Below are positions 52,834 to 64,000 of a stretch of DNA of 64,000 nt, one piece after another. A model generated the notes under the pieces. That model did not search any database. It saw nothing but the letters and a program-made list of their open reading frames with translations, and had not been told where the DNA came from. This DNA is from Styela clava (taxonomy: Eukaryota), in the NCBI RefSeq assembly GCF_964204865.1, contig NC_135257.1, positions 14,508,001-14,572,000 of the forward strand. Reading direction: 5' to 3'. Each line of letters opens with the position of its first letter. Positions within the stretch are counted from its first letter, which is position 1. Both the position numbers and the translations under genes were made by a program.

Positions 52834-52933
52834 ATGTCTTCTGTGAAGGTTGCAGTACGTGTCCGACCTTTCAACAGTCGAGAGAAAAGTAGAAATGCAA
52901 AATGTATTATTGAGATGAATGAAGCAACAACAA
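52834..52933 (+). CDS. unc-104/KIF1A: KIF1 coding exon 1
   Basis: [18 protein letters not shown]...; A|GTGAGT donor. Confidence 0.95.
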
Positions 52934-55900
52934 GTGAGTATTATTTACTAAGTGAATATTTTTCACACAAAAAAAGAAGTTTATATAGGCTATTATTAAA
53001 TGTTAGGCATTGGGGCCTAGGTGCGTCATCACAAAATCAATAATTTTTCAAAAAGTTCCTCAAAAATATTTAAATGAACAATAAAAGGTATTTATTTTTT
53101 AATCCATATCTCCTAGTTCGGGGTTATAATAGTTTGTTTCATTAGATAGGACAATGTAAAGAGAGAAGTATTTTAACCGCTTTGATGGTTTGGCTCGGAA
53201 TATCAGACCCATTGTTTCATCTCATTTGCTTTCATATACTGGTATTTATATATTGCCAAATATTGAAATTAATATTGAACATTGAATTACAATTAAAGTT
53301 TGGGAAACCATTAGAAGCTTCAAATGTTTGTTTCTATGTTAAAAAGTTGGAACTAGATTCATCCAAATTTGCACACATTCAATTCAAATCTATGTACCAG
53401 GTTCGCATTTCATTTTGTCAAATCAAAGGTGTGATATATTTTCATATTTCCATTACGTCAATGCCATTACAAAATTTTTTTTTCCAATAATATCGTTTAA
53501 TTATATCTGATCAGAATTTTCTATCATGTATGAACTGTAAATGAAAATTGTTTTATTGACAGTTTGATATTATGGCCCATGATCGAACTTGTTTGATTAA
53601 GAAATAGTATTCTGAAATGGATAAGCAACTGGTTGTGTATTGCTTCGTCATTCATGCATTTGGGAATTGTGTTGCAGTGGCAAGCATTATTAATTGACTA
53701 AGAATATATACTGTCGTTTTCCGCCTCCCATGAGAATTGCATGATATATGCTTCGATTTCCTCGCCATATGTATCAGCTTTCTCCATTTGATCATTGTTC
53801 ATAATTAAAGCCTGTGGTTTATGGAAGGTTCTAGATGACAGAATTCCCATGTCTACCATTTAAGCAATAGTCAATATTTATTTATGATTATTTTTTCTTG
53901 ATCAATAAGTTTCTTCCTTGTATTCTATTTTATTAATTTTACTAATTATTACCCTTTTTCAATTACATGATACTTCTGTGAATTAGGTTGAATAATTTAA
54001 ATTTCCAATATAGGCTACATGCACTGATTTTTAACATTGTATCGTGAAGTAACAATTTTTATAAAATATATTAATATTATTTGATTTATATTCAATTTCA
54101 GTTATAAGAAATCCAAGGCAGCCGGGAGACAATCCAAAAAGTTTCAATTATGATCATTCATATTGGTCATTCGGTGAGGTGGGTATCCAGTATTCTCTTT
54201 AATTCTTTTAATTCTTAAGAGCATGAATCATTCCTCTTGAACACAACTATCTCTAACAAGCATGAACTATATATAAATCGAGCCAACTGATGCAGTTTAT
54301 CATATACCCATATATGAATACATATTCCACCACAGTATGACGTCATTCAATTTTTCGGAGCTGTGTGGCAAGAAAAATGGATTGCCATGAAAAATTCATG
54401 GTCTTGCACTGAGGAAAAAAGGTTTTACGTCTAAGTTCTAGAAATATGATATCTGAAAACTGTCAGATATTCTATTTACAATTGTATGTATCCTTATAAC
54501 TAGGAACTGTGAGTAATAACATGGCATAAATTATGCTGCAACACAGTAATTCTACTAACTTTTTTGTTTATTGCGCACCTGATTTTTCTTCCAAAATTCA
54601 AGACGAAATCTTCAGTATCAGTAAAATAAAATTACCGTTTTCACTACTTTTGTCAAAAAAGTCAACAGTTAACACAGTAAATAACACAGAAAAAAAATCA
54701 ATTTTCAACCTGCTGTGGGCATTCTCATTCAGTGTGGTTGAGAATGCTGCTGTAATAATATACTATAACATCATTACCAGTTCTTTCTAAAAAGCCAAAA
54801 TCGATGATTGTGAAGTTTTGAGATAATTTAATGAAGTATCAATGCTGAGCGTAACTCCTTATAATTTTTTGATCATTGAAGAATACAAAAAACTAAAGCC
54901 AAATTTGCTTTTATTATATCACCATGGAAGCATTTTGATACTGTTTAAAATTTGTATCTTATTTTTGTTTTATAGTAATGTGATAATTATGAAATGCATC
55001 TGGTAGATGTATTGTTTGAAGATATATTTATTAAATAATAAAGTTTTTAGGCCATTTTGACATATATCATGATTTTACTGTACATGATAAAGCTTTTACA
55101 ATGTAAAACAAATTTCTAATGATATTGATAGAAGTTTAAAATGTCCTTTTTTCTAAACAATACTTTATTGTCTTCTAAAGTTCTAATTAATGCCTCAATA
55201 AAAGAGAAAAATATCTTATAACAAAAATGATTTTATTAATCTTAGTTAAATTTGTTTTTGACCTGATGCCAATTTAAACATTTTGACCTGATCTATAAAA
55301 AGATATTCTGAATTAAAGTTTATGATATCCAGATATGAGAATTGACAGGGCTGATATCTTGATTACCTTCAACACTGCTATGAATAATTTATTACATGGT
55401 GTTTCAGACTTATATATAGATTTGAGAACACTTTCAAGTTGAAATTCTCAAGATGATTCCACAACAATTTTCTTTTATATCTTCAATATAATCCGAATCC
55501 AGATGATATTTATTTTTATATACTACCATATATATATAACACTATTTATATACTTTTTGTTCTGAGCAAGGCTCTGCACACTTGCATATGCAGACATGAG
55601 TAGGTAGTGAGATACTCTAGTTTGGGAAGACCAAAATTTTTTATTCTCAACTCTGCCTACTACTAATTTAGTACACTCGGAGTGAGGTGATGGTCATGGG
55701 ATCTGAATCCGATTAAGTCCAGCCAGTGGTTCTCAAACGGTGGGGCGCGCCCCACAAAGGGGATGTAGACAATTTTTTGAGGAGCCTCAGAAACTAATTA
55801 AAAATAAAAATATTTGTTAGATTTGATCTTGCCCACCTTATTTTGAATATTTACATTTCAAAACTTTTTATTTTTTTTTTCATTATTTACGTTCCTGCCA

Positions 55901-58900
55901 CATATTTTCTGTATGTTTTTTGACTAAAACATACTTTGTCTTACTATATGTTATCTGTAGCTTATTATTATTGGCTACTTATTTTTGAGGTGGGCGCGAC
56001 ACGCGAGACTTGACAAATTCTTAAAAGTGGGCGCGGCTTCGAGAAGCACTGCACTAGGCCATCGCACCCACAATATTTTACGGGCGTTTACCTCGTGCCC
56101 AACCATCTCACCTTTTACATAAAGAGTTGACTAAGCTTTGGCAAACTGAAAAATTATAATTCTTGGAAAACTATAGTATATTGTTACACATAAGGTGCTG
56201 CATGTTTAAAGCCTTGTTGGCAGGAAAATAACGAACTTGTAATAAAAATGTCAATATGCTATTCTGTAACCATCATCGTTAGTCATCATCTTCATTGTTA
56301 TAAAGATTATTGCTATCATTCTTATTTTAATACAATAAATCATTAAACTATACTTTTATGAATGTTTACTTAAAGCAAGGTAGGTCACAGTCAGGTATGT
56401 TTGCCCGTTTTGATTAATTCAATAAGAATTATCAGGACAAAGAAGAGGTCACAGTGGGCACTTTATTGAGCTTTCATTATTGATTATCATTATCTCATGA
56501 TAAACTCATTTTTATTAAATACCAACTTACCAAATTTTTATTTGTATTTTTACTCACTTCACTACTCACTTCAACCCATAGCTAGAAGCGTCATTGACAA
56601 ATATGATAAATGTTCTACTAGCTCTTGGTAATCCATTAGCCAATTTTATTTCGAATAAGTGTATGACAGAGCTAATTTATGTTCCAAATGACATATTTTA
56701 GACAGAACATAATTTTTTTGTAAAGCATCCCAGATTACTGCAACTTTTCAGTACAATATTTCACAAACAGAAGTTCAAGTGTTTAATAAATTTTCTTCAT
56801 TTTTGTAGAAGTAAGGAATATTTGGGTTCTTTTTTTTGGTCACCCAAAATTTGTTGAAATAGTTCATGCTTTATCATTCGCTGGATTTATGTACCAATAT
56901 CCGTTATTTCAATTAAATGTCTATTTCAAAATTTGTGTTTTTAGCAATCAGAAGAAAATTTTTCATCCCAACAAAAAGTTTACGATGATTTGGGGAGAGA
57001 GATGTTGCAACATGCATTTAACGGATACAATGTATGTATATTTGCATATGGACAAACAGGAGCTGGAAAATCATATACAATGATGGGAAAACAAGATGGC
57101 GGAGATCAAGCTGGAATTATTCCTCAGGTAATATTCCATAACTTGGAATGGAAAACACAGTTTTTCATTAGTTGTACTTCCTACAAGTTAGATCAGTCTG
57201 TTGAACCTTGAACCAGTAAGCAATAAATTATATAGGCTAGATCGCACCTAAACTTTTCTAGTATTCACAAAAGATTGTGTCAGTGTTGTTCTGAGCCTAT
57301 TTTGGAGCCAAGAACAAAGCACTATGTATAAATAGATTGAATGTACGGTACTTTTGAAACACTTTCTTAACAAAAATGTATACAATTTTGTATTACATTT
57401 ATGCAAACATGTTTATATTATGTACATTATCTGCTTCTTTCATAACACTTTTACGAAATATATAGAGTTATATCCTGATTTAGAGTACCGGTATTGGTTT
57501 GTAAATAAAACTGGTCAATTTTAGAATAATTTATTTTTTCATCCATTCATTATCGGCTTTCTAGGTAAATAACTGTCTGAGATTAATTTGAAAATATTTT
57601 TAACTGATTAAAATTGATAAGAATAATCTGTTTAGGAGATTGTACCTACCTTGCTTTTTAATCTATATTTGACAAGTACATCTTTTTATATTGCTACTTG
57701 TGTGTTCGGCATAAGATTAAATTGAAGGATTGTCACGGTATACACAAATTAGATTAGGGTTCAACTTTGTCAAAACTCAATCCTATTAAATTCATCAGAG
57801 ACGCTAAAGAAACAATGATATGCGTAAACTTTACATTTATTCAAATACAGTAAATTTAAAGGAAAAAAAAGTTTAGTACATATTTACAGATAAGTATTAA
57901 GATTAACAATGAATTTTCATGAAACAACACCAAATTTATTTTTAATTTATTTTAAGTGTTTAAATTTTGTTGTTGGCACGATGGATGTCCTAGTGCCGTG
58001 CTCTTTAAAATTTTTCATCCTTCCTTCCTCATCAATAACACTGTAAATACTGAATTCAATATTAAACATCTCAGATTCGAATCCCAAGTTTCAAAAGCTT
58101 CACAACACAAATCAATTTAAATATCCTTAGAAGCAAAAAAGTAGTTGATAATAAGACAACCTTGAATCCTAATCCCATAAATCAGAATTTATTTCATTAT
58201 TTTTACAGTTATGTGAAGAATTATTCTGCAGAGTTTCTGGTCATGAAGAACAAAGTCTTAAATTTTCTGTTGAAGTCAGTTACATGGAAATTTATTGTGA
58301 AAGAGTTCGTGATCTACTTAACCCTAAAAATAACAAGAATTTGAGAGTACGAGAACACCCCCTCCTGGGGCCGTACGTTGAAGACTTATCGAAACTTGCT
58401 GTGCAATCTTTTTCTGATATCAGCAACCTGATGGATGAAGGAAACAAAGCAAGGTATGGAAAGTTGTTGGGGCTTGTGTGTAGTAACAAACTAAAAATTT
58501 TAAACGATTGCGCTGTGTATTATGGATGTATCTGTCTCCAGGGGAAAAGAAATTTTGATTCTGTTCCAGCTCTGAATTTTGATAAAATAAACTTCGACGT
58601 ATGCTCTCCTGCTTAGTTAACTTAGTTCTTTTCAAATTTGTTAGAAATTTTGTCTTAGAATATTATAATTAAAAGTCTCTGACTTTGAAAAATATTATAT
58701 TATACTTCGAAAATATTGACTCTGCTAAGTTTGAAAATATGGCTCCACCTATCACTTCAGTATCAATAAACTCCAGACTTCGACTCGTACTTTAGCTATA
58801 CAGTCTTTGCCGTTATTAGATTATTGTTTAAATTGTTTTAAAGTCATTGATGCAGGTGTACTTATAGTTGAATTTTTTTTTATTCTAGTAAGGATTAAAT

Positions 58901-61900
58901 GTATAACCACCATAGATTTAAATGTATAACCACCATAGTTTAAAACAGTAATTTGGATTTTGTCATGGGTATGTTGAATTATGAATCAAACCAGGAATCT
59001 GACTGAAATATACGAAAGACACATTCATAAAGATGACAAAAATTCACTGCTTTCTTGTAGATGGCCTTTTCAAAAAATTATTGTTTTCTTTTTTGTAGGA
59101 CTGTTGCAGCTACCAACATGAATGCTACAAGCAGTAGATCTCATGGAGTTTTCAATATTATTTTTACTCAGAAGAAAACAGATTCTTTAACCAGTTTGGA
59201 AACTGAAAAAGTAGGTGAATTATCGAATTTGTAACGATTTTTTTTTAAAAAGGATCTAATAACAGAAAAATAAACCATCAGTATATTTTTCTGATTAAAA
59301 TAAATTTTTTATTATTAGGTGACAATAAGGAAAAGGACAAATGTTGAAATTAAAAAAAAAGTTATTCGAAAATATCACAAAAAATAAATGCTTTTATTAA
59401 AAATAGGAGTTTCAAAATCAAAAAAATATATGTTATCTTTATTTTCCAAGAAGATATTTTCCAAGTTATACTTATTTGGTTTAAAACCATTGATAATTTA
59501 TCTATACTCAAGATTTTCACAACAGTATGGCATATAGTTATAAGTACAAAATCAACTTATTATGATTCTTTTTTCTCAGGTTAGTAAAATCAGTCTTGTT
59601 GATCTTGCTGGAAGTGAACGAGCAGAATCAACTGGTGCGAAAGGCAAAAGATTGAAAGAAGGAGCAAATATTAATAAATCTTTGACTACTCTTGGCAAAG
59701 TTATATCAGCATTAGCTGAACAAGTAAGATATGGAACTTTTTGCTGCATTTTTGGAAATAAAAATTCATTTATTTCGATTACGGTTGATATCATTCTTAT
59801 TTTGCTCTAAAAAAGAAAAAATATTTAACAATTTTTTTATTTCTACTTCCAAGTTTTTTATCATCCCAAAATTTTATAATTGCAAGAAATAAACTTCGAA
59901 ATTATTGAACGACCATTTTGAAAAATATGACAGCAATGAAACCAAGGTCTTGCACATTAGCTTATCAAATTATGCCCGATCTACCTTATTAGGTGAGTTG
60001 CAATGATTGATATAGGTCAGTCTTCTTATCCAAATAGGTCTGTTTTCTCATGTTACTCCTTTTAAAAAAGTTTATTAATCATTTTCTCAACCAAACTATT
60101 TTTTGCCATGCTTACAAAGGATATTGGAGTAATATGTGTAAGTATATTTCAAAGTTATTTTTTTCGCTCATAATCAATCAATATATAAACAATAAACCAA
60201 GACAAGGCATATCAATAAATAATATAATTTTATTAAAACACTAGAATAATTTTTATTACAATCAATGTAAAACATTGCAGTATGTATCTATATCAAATTT
60301 CAAGATTACGTGTTTAATAGATCAATATTTTGAAATTCTAGATTTAGCTAATGCAATTTATTTTGATTTCAGATATTGTAAATTGTCTATTCTTAGCATG
60401 CCACATTTTATTTTCATTAAATATTTAAAATGAATGTGATTTAGCTCTAAATTTGTCAATTTGTTCATCTTATTCAAATAAAGTTTAAACATAATTGTTC
60501 AAATTGATTTCCCAAATTTATGAAAATACGGAAGTTTCCTTTTCAGATAATTTTTTTTTAATTCCTATTGCTTTGATCACCAAAAACAGACTATATTTGG
60601 TGCGTTATTTTAAATGTTACACCTTGTTTTTTTCTGTGCTTGTCTGAAGTGCAATTTAATTAAATTGAGAATGAAGTTGTCTTTTAATAAAATACTGGCA
60701 TTTATTTAAAAGACAAGAGTGCTCTCCTGGGATTAACAACCCGTGTCCAAAATTCACCTCTCTTAATTGATAGCATGAGGTTCACATTTTTCATGGTTAC
60801 AAGTAACACTTTTAGCAATTGTGTTTCAATGTTAAATTAAGTGCTTATTGCCAGGCATGAGACGTTCTAGATAGGAAAATCTGAATTATAGGAACGTGTT
60901 CATGCGAACATATCGTAATGGGATAAATCATTCATAATAAATGTTTTTTTGGGGCTTTAAATAATTCCAGTTCTTCTGTTACTGTACAAGCAAGTGATGA
61001 CAATGTATCGTTATATCTTTAAATGATCCATAGCTGGGGATATGATAATGACATCGTCTTGTGTCACCTATGATAGCTTAACACGAATGCGTGGTAAACA
61101 ATCAACTCAATTTATTTTTTGTGCACGCCAATAGTTTTTGAAATACATTTTGGCAGTCGACACCTTATTTAAATTTCCACCTACTTTGTACAGGGAAAAA
61201 GTAAGAAAAAAAGAGGAGAATATGTTCCATATCGGGATTCAGTGTTAACATGGTTGTTAAAAGAAAATCTTGGTGGAAATTCCAAAACTGCAATGATTGC
61301 TGCTGTCAGCCCTGCTGATATTAACTATGATGAATCTTTGAGCACTTTGAGGTGAATGTTTTTGTATTATGAATTAGTTATTGCATGTTCTTTTCGAATA
61401 GCTATGCATTACAAAGATTCTATTCTAACATGTAGTCTACATTTTGCAACAAAATCATTCTGTAAGGGTGAATTTGCCAAAACTATAATATCTAATATCC
61501 AATTCTACAGAAAATTCAATTTCTTGAAAAATTATTTTAGCATTTATTTTGCAATTCTATTGCACTGAACTTATTTGGCAGTACTTCATTTTTTTGAACC
61601 TGCACTCAGTCTCGTCATTTTAATTAACCCAGAGCTGTTTTTCAAGTGGATCGAATGTAAATTTTACCCAAATATGCTGTTCTGATATCAGATTATCATA
61701 TCAATTTTATCTTTCTTTCGATCCAAGGTATGCGGACAGAGCAAAACAAATCAAATGTAATGCAGTCGTGAATGAAGATCCGAATGCCAAATTAATCAGA
61801 GAATTAAAGGCAGAGATTGAACAATTGAAACAAGTATTACGAGCAGAAGGATTGTCAGATATAATGACATCTCGCAGTATGCAACAACTCAGCAGTATTA

Positions 61901-63967
61901 ATAAAAAATTATCTGATAAAGGTAAATATCGTAAATTTTGCAAGTTTGATGAAAAATCCAACCATAAAGCCATAGCAAGGCATTAACGACATTTGGTTTG
62001 TGACAACCATTTGCAAATTTTTGCAAACAAGATTAAAATATTTACATGTATATATAATTATATATACGTTCTAGAATAGTGCTTTTCAACCTTTTCAGTA
62101 GAGCGGAACCCCAATAGAGGCCCGAGTAATCTCTATGCCATTAATGTAGGTATATTCGATTATATGATTAATTTTGTTATCATAGAATATGCCAATCAAA
62201 TATAATGTGAAACGAAAATTTGCGGCAGAACACCAGAATGTCCTTCACAGAACACCAGAGAAACACACTTATTATATGATAATGTTAAACCAGTGTATTC
62301 CATTATATTTGAACAATATATATATAATAACATAGACTACCAACTAATGATCCTTTATTATTTATTTTTTGAAGGTGAAATGACAGATTATGCAATGGAT
62401 GAAGTGAGAATTTATGGTAAAGAGAAAGATGCTTTTGAGCAATTGAAGGTACAACTTGAAATTATTCACGTTGGTTAGCCTACTGATCATAGACATTTTT
62501 ACACATAGAATATTTTTACTTTTATAGGAATCTGAAAAAATTATTGCTGAATTAAATGAAACTTGGGAAGAGAAACTGAAGAAAACTGAATTTATCAGAC
62601 AGCAGAGGTACGTGTGTATATTGAATATAGTGGAAACAAAAAGAAAATCTTCGTTATTTCTTGCAATTTTTGCACATTTCTTTTGACCAAAAATATCTTG
62701 AGTTAGTTTGAATTTTTGCCATGAAAAGTGTGAAAATTATCATTTATTGGAAAATGTTGTTGTGTCTTTTAAAGATAATTTGGTATGTGTAAACAATTGT
62801 TTTGCATAAGGTCCTATGCACTGATTTAGTAACAAAGATAACTTACTTTCGACCTAGCCACTGGCTACCACGTAAGTGAGATATGAGAGCAGTGGTTTTC
62901 AACTGGGGTTCTGCGGAACCTCATGGTCGTGTCAATACAGTCCTGGGGTTCCGCAAGTCCACAATCAAATTCGAGAGTCTAAATGTTTATATGTATTGTT
63001 TAAATATAATCAAATAGATACTTGCCACTTTTATCAAACTTGCTACACTTTTGAAGATTATGGTGTTCTGCAAGCATTAGGCTTGCTTTTTCTGACAATT
63101 AAACTGGGTTCCTCGAACTTCTTGAATGTTTCATTGGGTTTTCGCTCCACTGAAACACTTGAAAACCACTGTAATAAAGTGCAAAGATTGCTAAATAATT
63201 GGTTTAAACTAGGATCTAAAAGTTGAATGGAAAGAATAGTAAAGTATTGAATATTCGATATTTTCATATCTACAAACAGACACACACAGTTTACTTTTGA
63301 GTGTTGTAATAAATTTGTTCTATAATATAATATTATATTTTACCAGAGAGCATGCACTTATGGAACTTGGTGTCTCATTGCATCAAGATGGAGGAACTCT
63401 TGGCGTTTTCTCACCAAAGAGAACTCCTCATTTAGTGAATTTGAATGAAGATGCACTTATGTCTGAATGTCTTCTGTATTATATTAAAGAAGGAATAACT
63501 AGGTTTGTGCAGATTAATCATCTTTGTAAAACTATTGGATTTGGTAATAGATTTGGTATAGGGATGGTTATATGGTCCCTATTTTATTATTGGTCCTTAT
63601 TTTTCGATCTAGATTCAATATTGCGATTAGATTTTACTATATTATGTAAATTTTAATGAGGAAAAACATCATTGCAAACTTCTCAGATATTGACACATAA
63701 ACTGTCCCACGGAATCTGAAAAATCTGAAAATAAAAGTCTAGACAACTGTGTGTCCAGGTTTATTTCAGATATCAGAGGTTGTCGTTGTATTGATTGGAT
63801 ATATTGATTTATTTTCACACTCATTTAACCATGAAGGTTGATTTCTTTATTATGTTCCAGGGTTGGTTTATCATCTGCTAAAGTGCCTCAAGATATTGTA
63901 TTAAGTGGAGAATTTATTGAAGATGAGCATTGTATCTTCCAAAATCAAATATCTGAGGAAGGACGTG
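52834..63967 (+). CDS. unc-104/KIF1A: Kinesin-3 motor protein (unc-104/KIF1A/KIF1B-like), 5' 12 coding exons; continues beyond the window
   Basis: [16 protein letters not shown] start, P-loop GQTGAGKS, switch I SSRSH, switch II DLAGSER, K-loop KSKKKR before [23 protein letters not shown], neck [14 protein letters not shown]1 [38 protein letters not shown] and FHA start; all exons join in frame. Confidence 0.96.
54102..54178 (+). CDS. unc-104/KIF1A: KIF1 coding exon 2
   Basis: [26 protein letters not shown]; 77 nt, phase 1-0. Confidence 0.92.
55724..56051. mobile_element. hAT MITE, inverted and uninterrupted relative of the outer element at 25253-25784
   Basis: CAGTGGTTCTCAAACGGTGGG...GAGAAGCACTG; internal GATTTGATCTTG and TGTAGCTTATT shared in reverse. 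Confidence 0.8.
56945..57127 (+). CDS. unc-104/KIF1A: KIF1 coding exon 3 (P-loop)
   Basis: ...[22 protein letters not shown]...GIIPQ. Confidence 0.95.
58209..58453 (+). CDS. unc-104/KIF1A: KIF1 coding exon 4
   Basis: LCEELF...[19 protein letters not shown]...[18 protein letters not shown]...GNKAR. Confidence 0.95.
59099..59210 (+). CDS. unc-104/KIF1A: KIF1 coding exon 5 (switch I)
   Basis: [24 protein letters not shown]...TEK. Confidence 0.95.
59580..59723 (+). CDS. unc-104/KIF1A: KIF1 coding exon 6 (switch II)
   Basis: [48 protein letters not shown]. Confidence 0.96.
61194..61351 (+). CDS. unc-104/KIF1A: KIF1 coding exon 7 (K-loop, end of motor)
   Basis: [53 protein letters not shown]. 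Confidence 0.95.
61728..61921 (+). CDS. unc-104/KIF1A: KIF1 coding exon 8 (neck linker/neck coil)
   Basis: [34 protein letters not shown]...; donor after 61921, possible alternative donor after 61876. Confidence 0.9.
62077..62268. mobile_element. Degenerate hAT MITE related to 62890-63171
   Basis: TAGTGCTTTTCAACCTTTTCAGTAGAGCGGAACCCC matches the reverse complement of the right end of 62890-63171. Confidence 0.65.
62375..62448 (+). CDS. unc-104/KIF1A: KIF1 coding exon 9
   Basis: [24 protein letters not shown], phase 1-0; AG/GT boundaries. Confidence 0.85.
62528..62607 (+). CDS. unc-104/KIF1A: KIF1 coding exon 10 (CC1)
   Basis: [27 protein letters not shown]. Confidence 0.95.
62890..63171. 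mobile_element. hAT MITE
   Basis: Perfect 13-bp TIR CAGTGGTTTTCAA / TTGAAAACCACTG; flanks TATGAGAG / TAATAAAG match only partly. Confidence 0.85.
63347..63502 (+). CDS. unc-104/KIF1A: KIF1 coding exon 11
   Basis: [52 protein letters not shown]. Confidence 0.95.
63861..63967 (+). CDS. unc-104/KIF1A: KIF1 coding exon 12 (FHA domain)
   Basis: [26 protein letters not shown]...; G|GTAAG donor. Confidence 0.93.
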
Positions 63968-64000
63968 GTAAGAGCTACAAGTTAATCTTGTTTATTTGGA

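Noticed and set aside
30226-58938. Short 18-22-bp direct duplications (about 30229, 35155, 58897) as possible CRISPR-like repeats
   Set aside because: Only two adjacent copies each with no spacers, in a eukaryotic context; ordinary slippage duplications
58292-63285. Minus-strand ORFs over KIF1 exons and ORFs 62876-63226 / 63058-63285
   Set aside because: Antisense to kinesin exons or translations of a MITE

Overview
AT-rich eukaryotic (animal) genomic DNA with short GT-AG exons and many small non-autonomous transposons. An invertebrate chordate such as an ascidian is my impression only. There is no CRISPR array, rRNA or prokaryote-style system. (1) The minus strand carries a spliced gene I assembled by hand: 14 phase-compatible coding exons from ATG 36672 to TGA 310, giving about 755 aa. 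The protein is Ser/Pro/Arg-rich, has no recognisable folded domain, carries several tyrosine motifs (YATVNKP, EPVYSVLDK) and ends in ...DVIKL*. Its 19.4-kb intron (843-20253) holds two candidate alternative first exons that would give 83-86-aa micro-isoforms. (2) The plus strand carries the 5' part of a kinesin-3 gene (unc-104/KIF1A/B-like): 12 coding exons at 52834-63967 covering motor, neck coil, CC1 and the start of the FHA domain, running off the window. (3) Between them is a possible small single-pass membrane protein gene (from 44612) whose candidate second exon appears interrupted by a MITE. (4) Mobile DNA includes an internally deleted hAT element with a BED-finger ORF, hAT and Tc1/pogo MITEs (several with exact TSDs, some nested), a SPIN/GTF2IRD2-type transposase relic, tRNA-derived SINEs and short tandem duplications. 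Most ORFs in the supplied track are spurious or are exons read into introns.
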